Source: an uncultured delta proteobacterium (GTDB lineage Bacteria > Desulfobacterota > Binatia > Binatales > Binataceae). Taken from it: a stretch of 64,000 nucleotides of DNA. The position numbers and the translations under genes are program-made. Position 1 is the stretch's first letter. Each line of letters begins with the position of its first letter. This document shows positions 9,614-20,391 of this stretch, one piece after another. The stretch is taken from assembly GCA_963794325.1 (NCBI GenBank), contig CAWCDG010000004.1:896001-960000 (forward strand). The letters run 5' to 3'. The notes under the pieces were generated by a model. The model saw only the letters and a list, made by a program, of their open reading frames with translations. It was not told the DNA's origin and did no database searches.

Positions 9614-9946
9614 TTACGCGATAGCGCTGTCGACTGCCTGCACCAGCCGGCCCTTCGGCACCGCACCGATTATCTGTTCCTTGACCTGGCCGCCCTTGAT
9701 GATGAGCAGGTTCGGAATGCCGCGAACGCCATAACGGCCGGGAGTCTGCGGATTATCGTCGACGTTGATCTTCGCGATCTTCAGACGGCCGTCATATTCG
9801 CCCGCCAGGTCGTCGAGGATAGGCGCGATCGCGCGGCACGGTCCGCACCATGGAGCCCAGAAATCAACCAATACCGGAGTCGACGACTTCAGAACTTCCT
9901 GGTCGAAGCTCGCGTCGGTAACATGAACGATCTTATCGCTGGACAT
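9614..9946 (-). CDS. trxA: Thioredoxin
   Basis: VLVDFWAPWCGPC active site, GIP motif, 110 aa. Confidence 0.96.
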   Translation of the reverse strand: MSSDKIVHVTDASFDQEVLKSSTPVLVDFWAPWCGPCRAIAPILDDLAGEYDGRLKIAKINVDDNPQTPGRYGVRGIPNLLIIKGGQVKEQIIGAVPKGRLVQAVDSAIA

Positions 9947-10017
9947 CTAATGCTGGTCTCCTGTGCTCGCGGTCGCAGTTTCAACATAAGTACGGCCGGG
10001 TACACAGTCAAGGTAGC

Positions 10018-10359
10018 TCACTTCTTGCGAATCGTGACCGCGGTGCCGTAGGCCGCAATCTCGCTCATCAGGTTCGCGATTTCGTTGCAATCGAAACGCA
10101 TCGCGACCACTGCGTTGGCGCCCTTTTCCGACGCGGCTAGTCGCAGCCGCTCGATCGCATGATTGCGGCTGTCACTCAGCAGAGTCGTATACCCGCCGAC
10201 TTCGCCGCCGACCAGAGTGCGCAAGCTCGCGCCGAAGTTTGAGAAGACATTGCGCGCGCGCACAATGAGTCCGAACACTTCGCCATACACCGCGACGATC
10301 TCAAAGCCGGGCACGTCGTTCATCGTGGTGACCAAAATTTTGTCGAGTTCTTCGTCCAT
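10018..10359 (-). CDS. YbjQ (UPF0145) family protein
   Basis: TTMNDVPG, LVGGEVGGY, GANAVVAMRFD, AYGTAV. Confidence 0.88.
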   Translation of the reverse strand: MDEELDKILVTTMNDVPGFEIVAVYGEVFGLIVRARNVFSNFGASLRTLVGGEVGGYTTLLSDSRNHAIERLRLAASEKGANAVVAMRFDCNEIANLMSEIAAYGTAVTIRKK

Positions 10360-10462
10360 AGCGCGACGATACCGCCGCGCGGTTGCCGGCGCCAATCGTG
10401 CGCGCGGGATTTGCACTTGATCGGCGCGCCGAATCCACTACCCTGAGAAACGACGAAACACC

Positions 10463-10783
10463 ATGCCTGCGCCGATGATGAATGACGTGTTGCCCGACCT
10501 GCTCGAGGAGATGGTTTATCTGCTCAAGCAGCAGGGCGCTGATCCGCTGGAATCGAAACTGCGCGCGGCGCGAATCGAGTCGGTGTGCGATTGCGGCGAC
10601 GAGAATTGTGCGAGCTTCGCGACCGCCGCCGAAGTGAAGGTCGCCAACTACGTCGAGCTGCAATCGATGGAAGGCCAGGTGATCATCGATCTGAACGCCA
10701 ACGACGAGATCTGCTTCATCGAGGTGCTCGGCCGGCCCGACGTGAAGTATCTGCTCGAGGAATATTACGACGCGTCACGCTGA
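10463..10783 (+). CDS. Acidic hypothetical protein with CxCx4C motif
   Basis: 106-aa ORF with host-like codon usage; CDCGDENC. Confidence 0.65.
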   Translation: MPAPMMNDVLPDLLEEMVYLLKQQGADPLESKLRAARIESVCDCGDENCASFATAAEVKVANYVELQSMEGQVIIDLNANDEICFIEVLGRPDVKYLLEEYYDASR

Positions 10784-10800
10784 GCGCGCTCAAAAATTTT

Positions 10801-11634
10801 CTAGCCGGCCGCGCGCTTCTGCGGCTCGACGCGAAAGCGCTCGACGAATTCCGCGACCTCATCGACCACCCGCTCTTTCTCACTATCCACGGTAATCACG
10901 TGGTAGCTCTCTTCGAGCTCGACCGCGCGCTTCTCGGCGCTGCCAAGATGCTTCATCACATAGTCGACATTTTTTCGCATCGGGCAGGTGTGATCACGCC
11001 GCGCATGCATCACGAGAGCGGGCTGCGTGATACGCGGCAGCATCGGCCTGACGACCGCGGACAAATCGAGCAGCCTCATCGGCGCCGTCAACGGCATCAG
11101 GCGGCAATTGGGATGGATCGATCGCGCGGCGGCGTCGTGAATATCAGACGCGCCCGGATTGTGCAGGTAGATTCTCTCAGTGATCGAACCCAAGACTCCG
11201 CGCAATCCGCGCAGCGCGACGCTGGTCGAGGCCGGCAGAAAAAATGCCGGCGCAAGCATCGCGAGCCCCGCGACCGATTCGCCCTGATCCGCCGCGAGCC
11301 GCGCCGACAACACCGCGCCCATCGATAGTCCGACCGCCACGATCGGCTCTGCGTATTGCCGCAGCTCTTCGAGTCCGTTGACGACGCTTTCGTACCAGTT
11401 GTCGTAGCCGGCCGCGCCCAGCTCTTCGGGCAGTCCGGCATGACCCGCCAGCTTGACGCCGCGCACGCGCACGCCGCGCGCCGCCAGCTGCTCGCCGAGA
11501 TAGCGCATTTCGTATGGAGTCCCGGTCAGTCCATGAATCAGCAGCGCGCTGATGCCCGCGCCGGGGAAGAAAAATTCGTTGGTGTCGACGCCCGCTGAAT
11601 TGCGCGATGGAGGCTCGTCCGAATCGGATTTCAT
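10801..11634 (-). CDS. Alpha/beta hydrolase (carboxylesterase/monoacylglycerol lipase-like)
   Basis: LIHGLTGTP, GLSMG nucleophile elbow, D (RDHT) and H (SYHV) of the triad. Confidence 0.88.
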   Translation of the reverse strand: MKSDSDEPPSRNSAGVDTNEFFFPGAGISALLIHGLTGTPYEMRYLGEQLAARGVRVRGVKLAGHAGLPEELGAAGYDNWYESVVNGLEELRQYAEPIVAVGLSMGAVLSARLAADQGESVAGLAMLAPAFFLPASTSVALRGLRGVLGSITERIYLHNPGASDIHDAAARSIHPNCRLMPLTAPMRLLDLSAVVRPMLPRITQPALVMHARRDHTCPMRKNVDYVMKHLGSAEKRAVELEESYHVITVDSEKERVVDEVAEFVERFRVEPQKRAAG

Positions 11635-11660
11635 ATTTTTAATTGTGCCGCGCGCTCCTT

Positions 11661-13580
11661 TTAGGTTGACGACCCGCCGGCGGCGAGCTGATCGCTGTCG
11701 ATTTGTATCTTGGCCTGATCCTTGAGCTGATCGAGGAAGCGAGTCCATGTCTGCGCGCGCCGTTGCTGGACGTATTCCTGAATGAAATCTTTCTGCGCCG
11801 TCTTCCAATCGGCGTCGGTCGGCTCCGCGCGCGAAGTGACTTCGAACAGATACGAGTTGCCGCCATGCTCCATCACGCGTTCGATGACGCCCGGAATCGC
11901 CGGCACAGCCGCGGCTGCGTCGGTCACCTCGGGAAACTCGCCGATACCCTCGACACTGTGATCGGCGCGCACCAGCGGATCGACATTTTTAATCGCGAGT
12001 TTGTTCGATGCTGCCGCCTTGTCGAAGTCCGCGGGAGTCTTGATAGTCGCGAGAATCTTCTGCGCCTGGTGGCTGGCTTGCGCCTGCGAGGTCGTGCGAA
12101 TGACCGCGTCACGCACCTGTGTCTCGATCTCCTTCAACGGCGGAATCCGCGACGGCTGTCGCGCGACTAGCTTGATGATGTAAGGCGCGCCCTTCTCCGG
12201 CACCAGCGCGACCTGCCCCGCTTGGAGTTTGAACGCCTGCTCGATCAGTTCGCGATCCTGCCCGATCCCGCTGATAGGCTCACCCTGCGCGAACAGCGGA
12301 GTCTGGACCGCGTCGATTCCGCGCTTCTTCGCCAGGTCCTCGAGCGAGCCGCCCGCCAGCGCCGACCCGAGATCCTCCTGCGCCGCCTCGCGCCCGAGCT
12401 TCGCTCCAGCTTGCGTGCGCAGTTCTTCGACGATCTTCGGCTTCGCCTCGGCCAGCGTATCAGTATGCGCCGGATTGGACGCTTCGAGCTTCACCACATG
12501 AAAGCCGAAGTGCGTCTCGACGATCTCGATCTGTCCCGGCTTCATCGCGAACACTGCGTCCTCGAACGGCTTGACCATCTGGCCGCGGCCGAACGTGCCG
12601 AGGTCGCCGCCCTCGAGCTTGTTGGACGTATCGTCAGAATACTTCGCCGCCAGTTTTGCGAAGTCAGCGCCCTTTGCTTGCGCCTGCTTCAGTACGTCTT
12701 CGGCCTTGGCCTTAGCGACCGCCTTTTCCTTGTCGGACGCACCAGCGGGCACCGAGATCAGGATATGCCGCGCGTGAACTTCGTCGGGATGCGCGAAGCG
12801 CTGTTTCGCGTTGCGCTTGTAGTAGTCCTCGACTTCCTTGTCCGACGGCGTATATTTCGCCGCCAGCACCAGCGGATCGTAATGCACGTAGGTCAGTTTG
12901 ATCCGATCGGGCTCGCGGAACTGCTCGGCGTTCTTTTTGTAGTAGTCGGCGATCTGAGCCTCGGTCGGCGAAATCTTTGCGGCGAAATCGGCCGCGGCCA
13001 GCTCCATGTAGCGCAGTCCGATCTTTTCGTTGGCAAGATTGTAGGCGTGGCGCGCTTCGTCGTCGCTCACCTGCACGCCGTTGTCGATCATGTTGCGCAG
13101 CGTGTCCGCAATCATCTGATCGCGCTCGTCGTTTTCGTATTCAGCCGGCAGCAGATTGTTCGCACGCAGAACGTCCTGGTAAGTATCGAAGTCGAACTGG
13201 CCGTCGTGCTGAAATACCGGCTCCTTGGCGATTTTATCCTGCAACGCCACGTCGCTGATGCTGATGCCGAGATGACGCGCCTCTTCGCCGATCAGTTGGC
13301 CTTCGATCAGCCGCTCGACCGCCTCCTGGCGAATGTTGATGTTCTTGAGGACGGCCTGCGCGTTGGCGCCGTACATCTGCTGGAGGGTCGCGCGCAGTTG
13401 ATTGGCCTCGCGATCAACCTGATCGCCAAGAATCTGCCGGCCGTCAACCGTCGCAATCGGATGAACGGTGTTGAACAGTCCACCACCGCCGAAGCCCCAA
13501 AAGGCCATGGTTAGCGCGAGGAAGGCGAACGTGATTTGCACTTGCCACGAGTATTGGTAACGTCGAATTCCTTCTAACAT
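11661..13580 (-). CDS. ppiD: Periplasmic chaperone/PPIase with SurA N-terminal and parvulin domains
   Basis: N-terminal TM, HARHILI...FAKLAAKYSDD...GGDLG...MVKPFEDAVF...FGFHVVK. Confidence 0.85.
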   Translation of the reverse strand: MLEGIRRYQYSWQVQITFAFLALTMAFWGFGGGGLFNTVHPIATVDGRQILGDQVDREANQLRATLQQMYGANAQAVLKNINIRQEAVERLIEGQLIGEEARHLGISISDVALQDKIAKEPVFQHDGQFDFDTYQDVLRANNLLPAEYENDERDQMIADTLRNMIDNGVQVSDDEARHAYNLANEKIGLRYMELAAADFAAKISPTEAQIADYYKKNAEQFREPDRIKLTYVHYDPLVLAAKYTPSDKEVEDYYKRNAKQRFAHPDEVHARHILISVPAGASDKEKAVAKAKAEDVLKQAQAKGADFAKLAAKYSDDTSNKLEGGDLGTFGRGQMVKPFEDAVFAMKPGQIEIVETHFGFHVVKLEASNPAHTDTLAEAKPKIVEELRTQAGAKLGREAAQEDLGSALAGGSLEDLAKKRGIDAVQTPLFAQGEPISGIGQDRELIEQAFKLQAGQVALVPEKGAPYIIKLVARQPSRIPPLKEIETQVRDAVIRTTSQAQASHQAQKILATIKTPADFDKAAASNKLAIKNVDPLVRADHSVEGIGEFPEVTDAAAAVPAIPGVIERVMEHGGNSYLFEVTSRAEPTDADWKTAQKDFIQEYVQQRRAQTWTRFLDQLKDQAKIQIDSDQLAAGGSST

Positions 13581-13683
13581 TGAATCCGCATCATACTTTA
13601 CTGTCTTTTCGGTGCGCAATTGCACCCGGTTGCTTGCCTGCGCCTCCGGTCCTTGTTAGCCTGTCGCCCAGCGGTAAGTTTGA

Positions 13684-14844
<1,161 letters not shown>

Positions 14845-14870
14845 CCAGAAATCGCGCAGCGCTCCCCATT

Positions 14871-15073
14871 CCGGTCTCCCTTCCCGCTCGGGAAGGGGTT
14901 ACCCTCCGCAATCCGGTTCCCCTTCCCGCTCGGGAAGGGGTTAGGGGTTAGATTCTTGGCATCATCCACAATGTTCGCAGTGGCTAACAACTTCAGTTCC
15001 CCTTCCCAGTATGAGAAGGACTCCTCTGCATCCGGTTCCCCTTCCCGCTATGGGAAGGGGTTAGGGGTTAGGT
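14871..15073 (+). repeat. Family A hairpin-TTAGGGG element, tandem cluster of four units
   Basis: Units at 14871-14901 (short tail), 14912-14951, 14996-15020 (degenerate), 15031-15073; core CCCTTCCC-loop-GGGAAGGGGTTAGGGGTTAG. Confidence 0.9.
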
Positions 15074-15107
15074 ACTCATCTACATTCATCCCCCTCGAGA
15101 ACCCCAG

Positions 15108-15956
15108 ATGAAAAGCACCTTTCTCTGGCGCAACCGCGTCCTCCTGACCAGCGGCCTTCTGCTTATCCTGTCGCTTCATCTGATCTCGACCGGCGTCCAT
15201 CCCGGCGATCTGGCCGCCGGTCCACAGTCCGTAATTCTGGAAATCGTCAGCCCTATCACCGGCGCGTTCACCCATCTGAGCGACGGCGCGTCGTCGATTA
15301 CCCGCGACTACTTCGAGCTGGTCCACGTGCGCGAGGAGAATGCGCATCTGCGCGACGATCTGGCGAAGGTCAAGAGCGATCAGGCGCGGCTGGCCGAGCT
15401 CGAGGTCGAAAATCAGCATCTTGCGCAGCTGCTCGCGCTCAAGGATGCACTGGGCAGCAACGCGATCGCCGCCAACGTGATTGGCAGCGATGCCAACGGT
15501 ATCTCGCGCACGCTGGTGCTCAGCTCGGGTTCGGACAACGGACTTCATCCCGGGATGGCGGTGCTCGCCAATCAGGGCGTCGTCGGCAAAATTATCGCCG
15601 TCAGTCCGAACGCGTCGCGCGTGCTGCTGATCGACGACCACAACAGTGCGCTCGATGGTTTCGATCAACGCTCACGCGCGCGCGGAATCGTCGCCGGGAT
15701 GGTCGATGACGGAGTAATCCTGAAGTACGCCGATCGCTCGCAGGATATCCGCGCCGGCGACACGATCGTGACCTCGGGCCTCGACGGAATTTTCCCGCGC
15801 GGCTTGCTGGTCGGCACTATTCAAAGTGTCCATCGCGAAGGTCCCGGACTTTTCCTCGGCGTGCGGATCGCACCGGCGGTCGATTTTCGCGAGCTCGAGC
15901 AGGTGCTGATCCTGACCCAGCCGCCGCCCCATCTCGAAGACCAGGCCAAGGACTGA
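15108..15956 (+). CDS. mreC: Rod shape-determining protein MreC
   Basis: TM, coiled coil, GVVGKI, TSGLDGIFPRGLLVG, position in operon. Confidence 0.93.
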   Translation: MKSTFLWRNRVLLTSGLLLILSLHLISTGVHPGDLAAGPQSVILEIVSPITGAFTHLSDGASSITRDYFELVHVREENAHLRDDLAKVKSDQARLAELEVENQHLAQLLALKDALGSNAIAANVIGSDANGISRTLVLSSGSDNGLHPGMAVLANQGVVGKIIAVSPNASRVLLIDDHNSALDGFDQRSRARGIVAGMVDDGVILKYADRSQDIRAGDTIVTSGLDGIFPRGLLVGTIQSVHREGPGLFLGVRIAPAVDFRELEQVLILTQPPPHLEDQAKD

Positions 15957-15961
15957 CCCGG

Positions 15962-16486
15962 TTGCGCCTCATCCTGTTGTTCGCGGTCTTCGTGGTTTTG
16001 GGATTGGCGCTTGAATCCGCGGGCGCGCGCCTCATTTCGTTTCGCTCGCTGATTCCAAACCTGATCATAATACTCGCCGTCGATCTCGGCCTGCGCCATC
16101 ACGGAGTCCTGCCCGCGATACTCGCATTCGCGATGGGCTATGCGACCGACGCGCTGGCCGGATCGCACCCGGGCCTCAACGCCTTCATGACCACGATGGT
16201 CTTCCTGGTGAGCTACGAAATCTCGACGCGCCTGATGACCGCAAACGCCGGCGTCGGCGCGACAGTAGTCTTCTTCGGCGTGATCGCGACAACCCTCGGC
16301 ACTATCGCCATAGCCAACGGATTCGACGCCCTCTCCAGCAGCGGCCCACTAGTCCCCGGCCTACTCCTGCAAGCCCTAATCACCGCAATAATCGCCCCCT
16401 TCATCTTCTCAATCCTGGCCGCCACCAAACGCCTAACCGGCTTGCCCGTAGGAACAGCGCGCGACAACCGCACCCGTGAGCGTTGA
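15962..16486 (+). CDS. mreD: Rod shape-determining protein MreD
   Basis: Hydrophobic 174 aa, PNL...GY.TD motif, between mreC and mrdA. Confidence 0.85.
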   Translation: MRLILLFAVFVVLGLALESAGARLISFRSLIPNLIIILAVDLGLRHHGVLPAILAFAMGYATDALAGSHPGLNAFMTTMVFLVSYEISTRLMTANAGVGATVVFFGVIATTLGTIAIANGFDALSSSGPLVPGLLLQALITAIIAPFIFSILAATKRLTGLPVGTARDNRTRER

Positions 16487-16492
16487 TTCTGA

Positions 16493-16616
16493 CAGTAGGA
16501 CGGAATTTATTCCGTCGTCCTCGTTTCTGTCCGTCGCCCTCTTCTCCTGGTCGTCTCGTTTTCCTTTGACGGAATAAATTCTCGTTTTTCTTGACGGAAT
16601 AAATTCCGTCCTACTG
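16493..16616. repeat. Family B REP-like doublet (GTAG + palindrome)
   Basis: Perfect 24-bp inverted repeat CAGTAGGACGGAATTTATTCCGTC at 16493-16516 and 16593-16616; extra partial copy at 16568-16581. Confidence 0.88.
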
Positions 16617-16685
16617 CTCGGCGAGCGCGGGATTGCCTGCTAGAATGCCTCGCGAATACATTGTAGGGTCAGTCGGGAACCATCA

Positions 16686-18560
16686 GTGGCGAAGTTCCAT
16701 ATCCCCAGAAGCAATAATCGGCCGGTGCCGCTGCTGGAACCGCGCGTCGTGACCTTGACCGTCATGATGTTCGCGATTCTGGCGGTCGTCGGCGTGCGTC
16801 TCTACTATTTGCAGGTTCTCCATCATCAGGACAACGTCGAGCTCGCCGATCGCAACCGGATTCGGCTCCAGCGCGTGCCCGCGCCGCGCGGACTGGTCTT
16901 CGATCGCAATCATCGCCCGCTGGTCGACACGCGTCCGTCGTTCGATGCGCAAATCGTGCCCGAAGATTCCGACAATCTCTCGCTGACTATCGAACGGCTG
17001 GCGCGCTACACCGGCGCCGATCAGATCGCCGACAAAATTTCCGACGCGGATGAAGCCGGACGCCCGCCCTACGAGCCAATCACCGTCGCCGAGCGTCTCG
17101 GTTGGCAACAAGTCGTGGCGCTCGAGGCGCATCAGCTCGACCTGCCCGGGGTCAGTCTGCAAATCACGCCCGCGCGGCATTATCTCTACGGTCAGCTCGC
17201 CGCGCATCTGCTTGGCTACGTCGGCGAGGTGACGGTGGGCGATCTCAAGGCGCATGCGGACTACCACATGGGCGACGAGATCGGGAAATTCGGCCTCGAG
17301 CGGGTGTGGGAAAGTTTTCTGCGCGGCAACGCGGGAGGGCAGGAGATCGAAGTTGACGCGGTCGGACGCCGGCTCCGCGTGCTCAAGGAAATCGCTGACA
17401 CGCCCGGCGAAAGCCTGGTCATGACTATCGATCTGAATCTCCAGCAGGCCGCGGAGCAGGCGATGGCCGGCAAGAACGGCGCGTTCGTCGCGCTCGATCC
17501 GCGCAACGGCGACGTGCTCGCGATGGTTTCGCATCCGGCTTTCGACCCCGACATTTTTGGCGGCGGCGTAAAAGCGTCGGCGTGGAAAGAGCTGATGACC
17601 GATCCGAATCATCCGCTGCAAAATCGCGTCATCCAGGGAATTTATCCGCCCGGCTCGACCTTCAAAATTGTCGATTCGATTGCGGGATTGGAGGAAGGCA
17701 CGCTCAAGCCCGAGACCGAATACAATTGCCCCGGCGGAATGTGGTTCGGCGGACGCGAGTATCACTGCTGGCGTCATCAGGGCCACGGCACGATCGAGTT
17801 GCACGACGCGATCGTGCGCTCATGCGACGTCTATTTTTACAACGTCGGAGCAAAGCTCGGCGTCGATCGAATCGCGAAGTGGTCCAATCAGATGGGACTC
17901 GGAATCAAGAGCGGCATCGATCTCGATCACGAAAATCCCGGCACCATCCCGTCGTCGGCGTGGAAGCAGAAGCGCTACCATGAGCGATGGTACCCCGCGG
18001 AAACGCTTTCGGTTGCGATCGGACAGGGCTACGTCGCGACGACGCCGCTGCAGATGGCGCAGGTCGCCGCGCAAGTCGCCAACGGCGGCGTCCGCTACAA
18101 ACCGCAATTCGTCAAGTACGTCGAGGGACTCGACGGCAATATCGCCAAGTCGTATCCGCCGATCGTCGAAAATAGAATCAAGATCGATCCCGACGCTCTC
18201 GCGGACGTGAAGGACGCGATGGCCGACGTCGTCAACGGCGCCGGCGGCACCGCGCACAAGGCGCACCTCGACGACGTAGTCGTATGCGGCAAGACCGGCA
18301 CCGCGCAGGTCGTGGGAGACAAGGGTGGCGGTGAGAGCGAGGAAGAAGACAAGAATACGCCCGAGCAGTACAAGGACCATGCATGGTTCATCGCGTTCGC
18401 GCCCAAGGATCATCCGACCATCGCCGCGGCTTGCATCATCGAACACGGCGGCCACGGCGGCAGCGCATCGGCGCCGGTAATTCACGACGTCTTCCAGCGT
18501 TACTTCCAGCTCAACCCGCCGCCGCCCGAACCGAAAATCGCGCAAGTGCTCGATCAATGA
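16686..18560 (+). CDS. mrdA: Penicillin-binding protein 2
   Basis: PGSTFK (SxxK), SCD (SxN position), KTGTAQ, HAWF. Confidence 0.95.
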   Translation: MAKFHIPRSNNRPVPLLEPRVVTLTVMMFAILAVVGVRLYYLQVLHHQDNVELADRNRIRLQRVPAPRGLVFDRNHRPLVDTRPSFDAQIVPEDSDNLSLTIERLARYTGADQIADKISDADEAGRPPYEPITVAERLGWQQVVALEAHQLDLPGVSLQITPARHYLYGQLAAHLLGYVGEVTVGDLKAHADYHMGDEIGKFGLERVWESFLRGNAGGQEIEVDAVGRRLRVLKEIADTPGESLVMTIDLNLQQAAEQAMAGKNGAFVALDPRNGDVLAMVSHPAFDPDIFGGGVKASAWKELMTDPNHPLQNRVIQGIYPPGSTFKIVDSIAGLEEGTLKPETEYNCPGGMWFGGREYHCWRHQGHGTIELHDAIVRSCDVYFYNVGAKLGVDRIAKWSNQMGLGIKSGIDLDHENPGTIPSSAWKQKRYHERWYPAETLSVAIGQGYVATTPLQMAQVAAQVANGGVRYKPQFVKYVEGLDGNIAKSYPPIVENRIKIDPDALADVKDAMADVVNGAGGTAHKAHLDDVVVCGKTGTAQVVGDKGGGESEEEDKNTPEQYKDHAWFIAFAPKDHPTIAAACIIEHGGHGGSASAPVIHDVFQRYFQLNPPPPEPKIAQVLDQ

Positions 18561-18576
18561 CAGGAGTGCGGCCCTG

Positions 18577-19680
18577 ATGGCGGCCGGCGATCGCAGATAC
18601 ATACTTCATTTTGATTGGACGCTGTTCATCCTGGTGCTCGCGCTGGCGGGAATCGGTCTGGTCAGCGTCATCAGCGCGTCGTACGGCGGGCATTCGATCA
18701 TCGATCCGCTGGTAATTCGCCAGTTGATCTGGATTGCCGCCGGAACCGCCGCGTTGCTCATCGCAGTGCTCATCGACTATCGCGCACTGCAGGCCTACGC
18801 CTACCCGTTTTACGTGATGGTGGTCGGACTGCTGATCGCAGTGATGGTCGCCGGGCACGCCACCGGCGGATCGCGCCGATGGATTAACCTTGGCTTTTTT
18901 CATCTCGAGCCGTCTGAGCTCGCTAAGCTCGCGGTCGTGCTCGTGATGGTCCGCTATTTGCGCGAGGAGCCGCCCAAAGGCGGATGGGGCCTGCGTCATT
19001 TGATCGTCCCGTTTATCCTGCTCGGCGTTCCCGCGGCGCTGGTGCTCAAGCAGCCCGATCTCGGCACGGGACTGGTGCTCGTGCTGATCACGATTACCCT
19101 GGTTTTCGTAGCCGGGCTCAACTTGCGCACGCTGCTGGTGCTTGCGGTTGCGGCGATGCTCGCGGCTCCGATGAGCTGGCATTATCTCAAGCCGTACCAG
19201 CGGCAGCGCATGGTCAGCTTCATCAATCCGCAGGCCGACCCGCTCGGCTCCGGCTACCACATCATCCAATCTGAAATCGCGATCGGCGCCGGCGGCCCGT
19301 TAGGCAAGGGGTTTCTGAAGGGGACCCAGGCGCGGCTGAATTTTCTGCCGGAGCAGAGCACCGATTTTATTTTCGCGGTGTGGGCAGAGGAGTTTGGTTT
19401 AGCCGGCACTCTGCTGTTGCTGGCGTTGTATGCGAGCGTGATTGCGCGCGGCGCATGGATCGCCAGACACGCGCGCGACCGATTCGGCGCGTTGCTCGCA
19501 GTCGGATTGACCGCGATCGTGTTTTGGCAGGTGGCGGTCAACATCGGGATGGCGACCGGGATGCTGCCGGTAGTGGGAATCACGCTGCCGCTGGTGAGTT
19601 ACGGTGGCTCGTCGCTGATCGCAATGATGGCCGCGATGGGCATTCTCATCAGCATCAACACCCGCCGCTACCTGTTCTGA
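18577..19680 (+). CDS. rodA: SEDS peptidoglycan polymerase RodA
   Basis: RRWI, EPSELAK, QPDLGT, PEQSTDFIF, LPLVSYGGSS. Confidence 0.95.
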   Translation: MAAGDRRYILHFDWTLFILVLALAGIGLVSVISASYGGHSIIDPLVIRQLIWIAAGTAALLIAVLIDYRALQAYAYPFYVMVVGLLIAVMVAGHATGGSRRWINLGFFHLEPSELAKLAVVLVMVRYLREEPPKGGWGLRHLIVPFILLGVPAALVLKQPDLGTGLVLVLITITLVFVAGLNLRTLLVLAVAAMLAAPMSWHYLKPYQRQRMVSFINPQADPLGSGYHIIQSEIAIGAGGPLGKGFLKGTQARLNFLPEQSTDFIFAVWAEEFGLAGTLLLLALYASVIARGAWIARHARDRFGALLAVGLTAIVFWQVAVNIGMATGMLPVVGITLPLVSYGGSSLIAMMAAMGILISINTRRYLF

Positions 19681-19703
19681 GTTTCTCTGACGAGGTGATT
19701 CAC

Positions 19704-19949
19704 GTGGCTAACAAAAAAAAATCCACCGATCCGCTTGATGTGGAAATCGTCGAAGTTCAGCGGCGCTTCGTCGACCTGATGGAAAACGTCAGGCTGGAAA
19801 CAATGAGTCCCGAGATGAAGCAGCACTACCTGACGGTGATGAAAGCGTTGACCGAAAAGCTCGCGATGCCGAGCAAGCCGCTGCACGAAATCCTCGGCGA
19901 GATGATGGCCGAAGCCGGCCCAATGATCTTCCAAGCCATGCAGCGCTAG
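19704..19949 (+). CDS. Small hypothetical protein
   Basis: GAGGTGA RBS then GTG; 81-aa helical Met-rich product with host-like codons. Confidence 0.6.
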   Translation: MANKKKSTDPLDVEIVEVQRRFVDLMENVRLETMSPEMKQHYLTVMKALTEKLAMPSKPLHEILGEMMAEAGPMIFQAMQR

Positions 19950-19993
19950 CGCTACGTTACAATAAGCTGATCAACTCCGGATGGAGGCGAGAT

Positions 19994-20359
19994 ATGGCTA
20001 TTACGCTGAATCACACGATCGTGCCGGCGCGTGACAAGGAGGCGTCGGCAAAGTTTTTCGCGCAGATGTTTGGCCTCAAATACGAGGGCGCGATGGGTCA
20101 TTTTGCGCCGGTCAGAATCAACGACACGCTGACGCTCGATTTCGACAACTGGGATCATTTCGAGATGCACCACTATGCTTTCCAAGTCGGCGACGCGGAG
20201 TTCGACGCGATCTTCGGCCGAATCAAAGAGGCCGGCATCACGTATGGCAGCGGTCCGTTCTCGCAAGAAGATATGCGGATCAACACTCGGCGCGGCGGGC
20301 GCGGCGTCTACTTCAAGGATCCCAACGGCCACGTCCTGGAGCTTCTCACCCGAGCCTGA
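19994..20359 (+). CDS. VOC family protein
   Basis: LNHTIV, HYAF, GRGVYFKDPNGHVLE. Confidence 0.88.
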   Translation: MAITLNHTIVPARDKEASAKFFAQMFGLKYEGAMGHFAPVRINDTLTLDFDNWDHFEMHHYAFQVGDAEFDAIFGRIKEAGITYGSGPFSQEDMRINTRRGGRGVYFKDPNGHVLELLTRA

Positions 20360-20391
20360 TCGCTGAACGCTTCCAGGGGATGCAGCGCTAA

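Noticed and set aside
14871-15073. CRISPR array
   Set aside because: Units are degenerate and irregularly spaced, copies are dispersed elsewhere, and no cas genes are present
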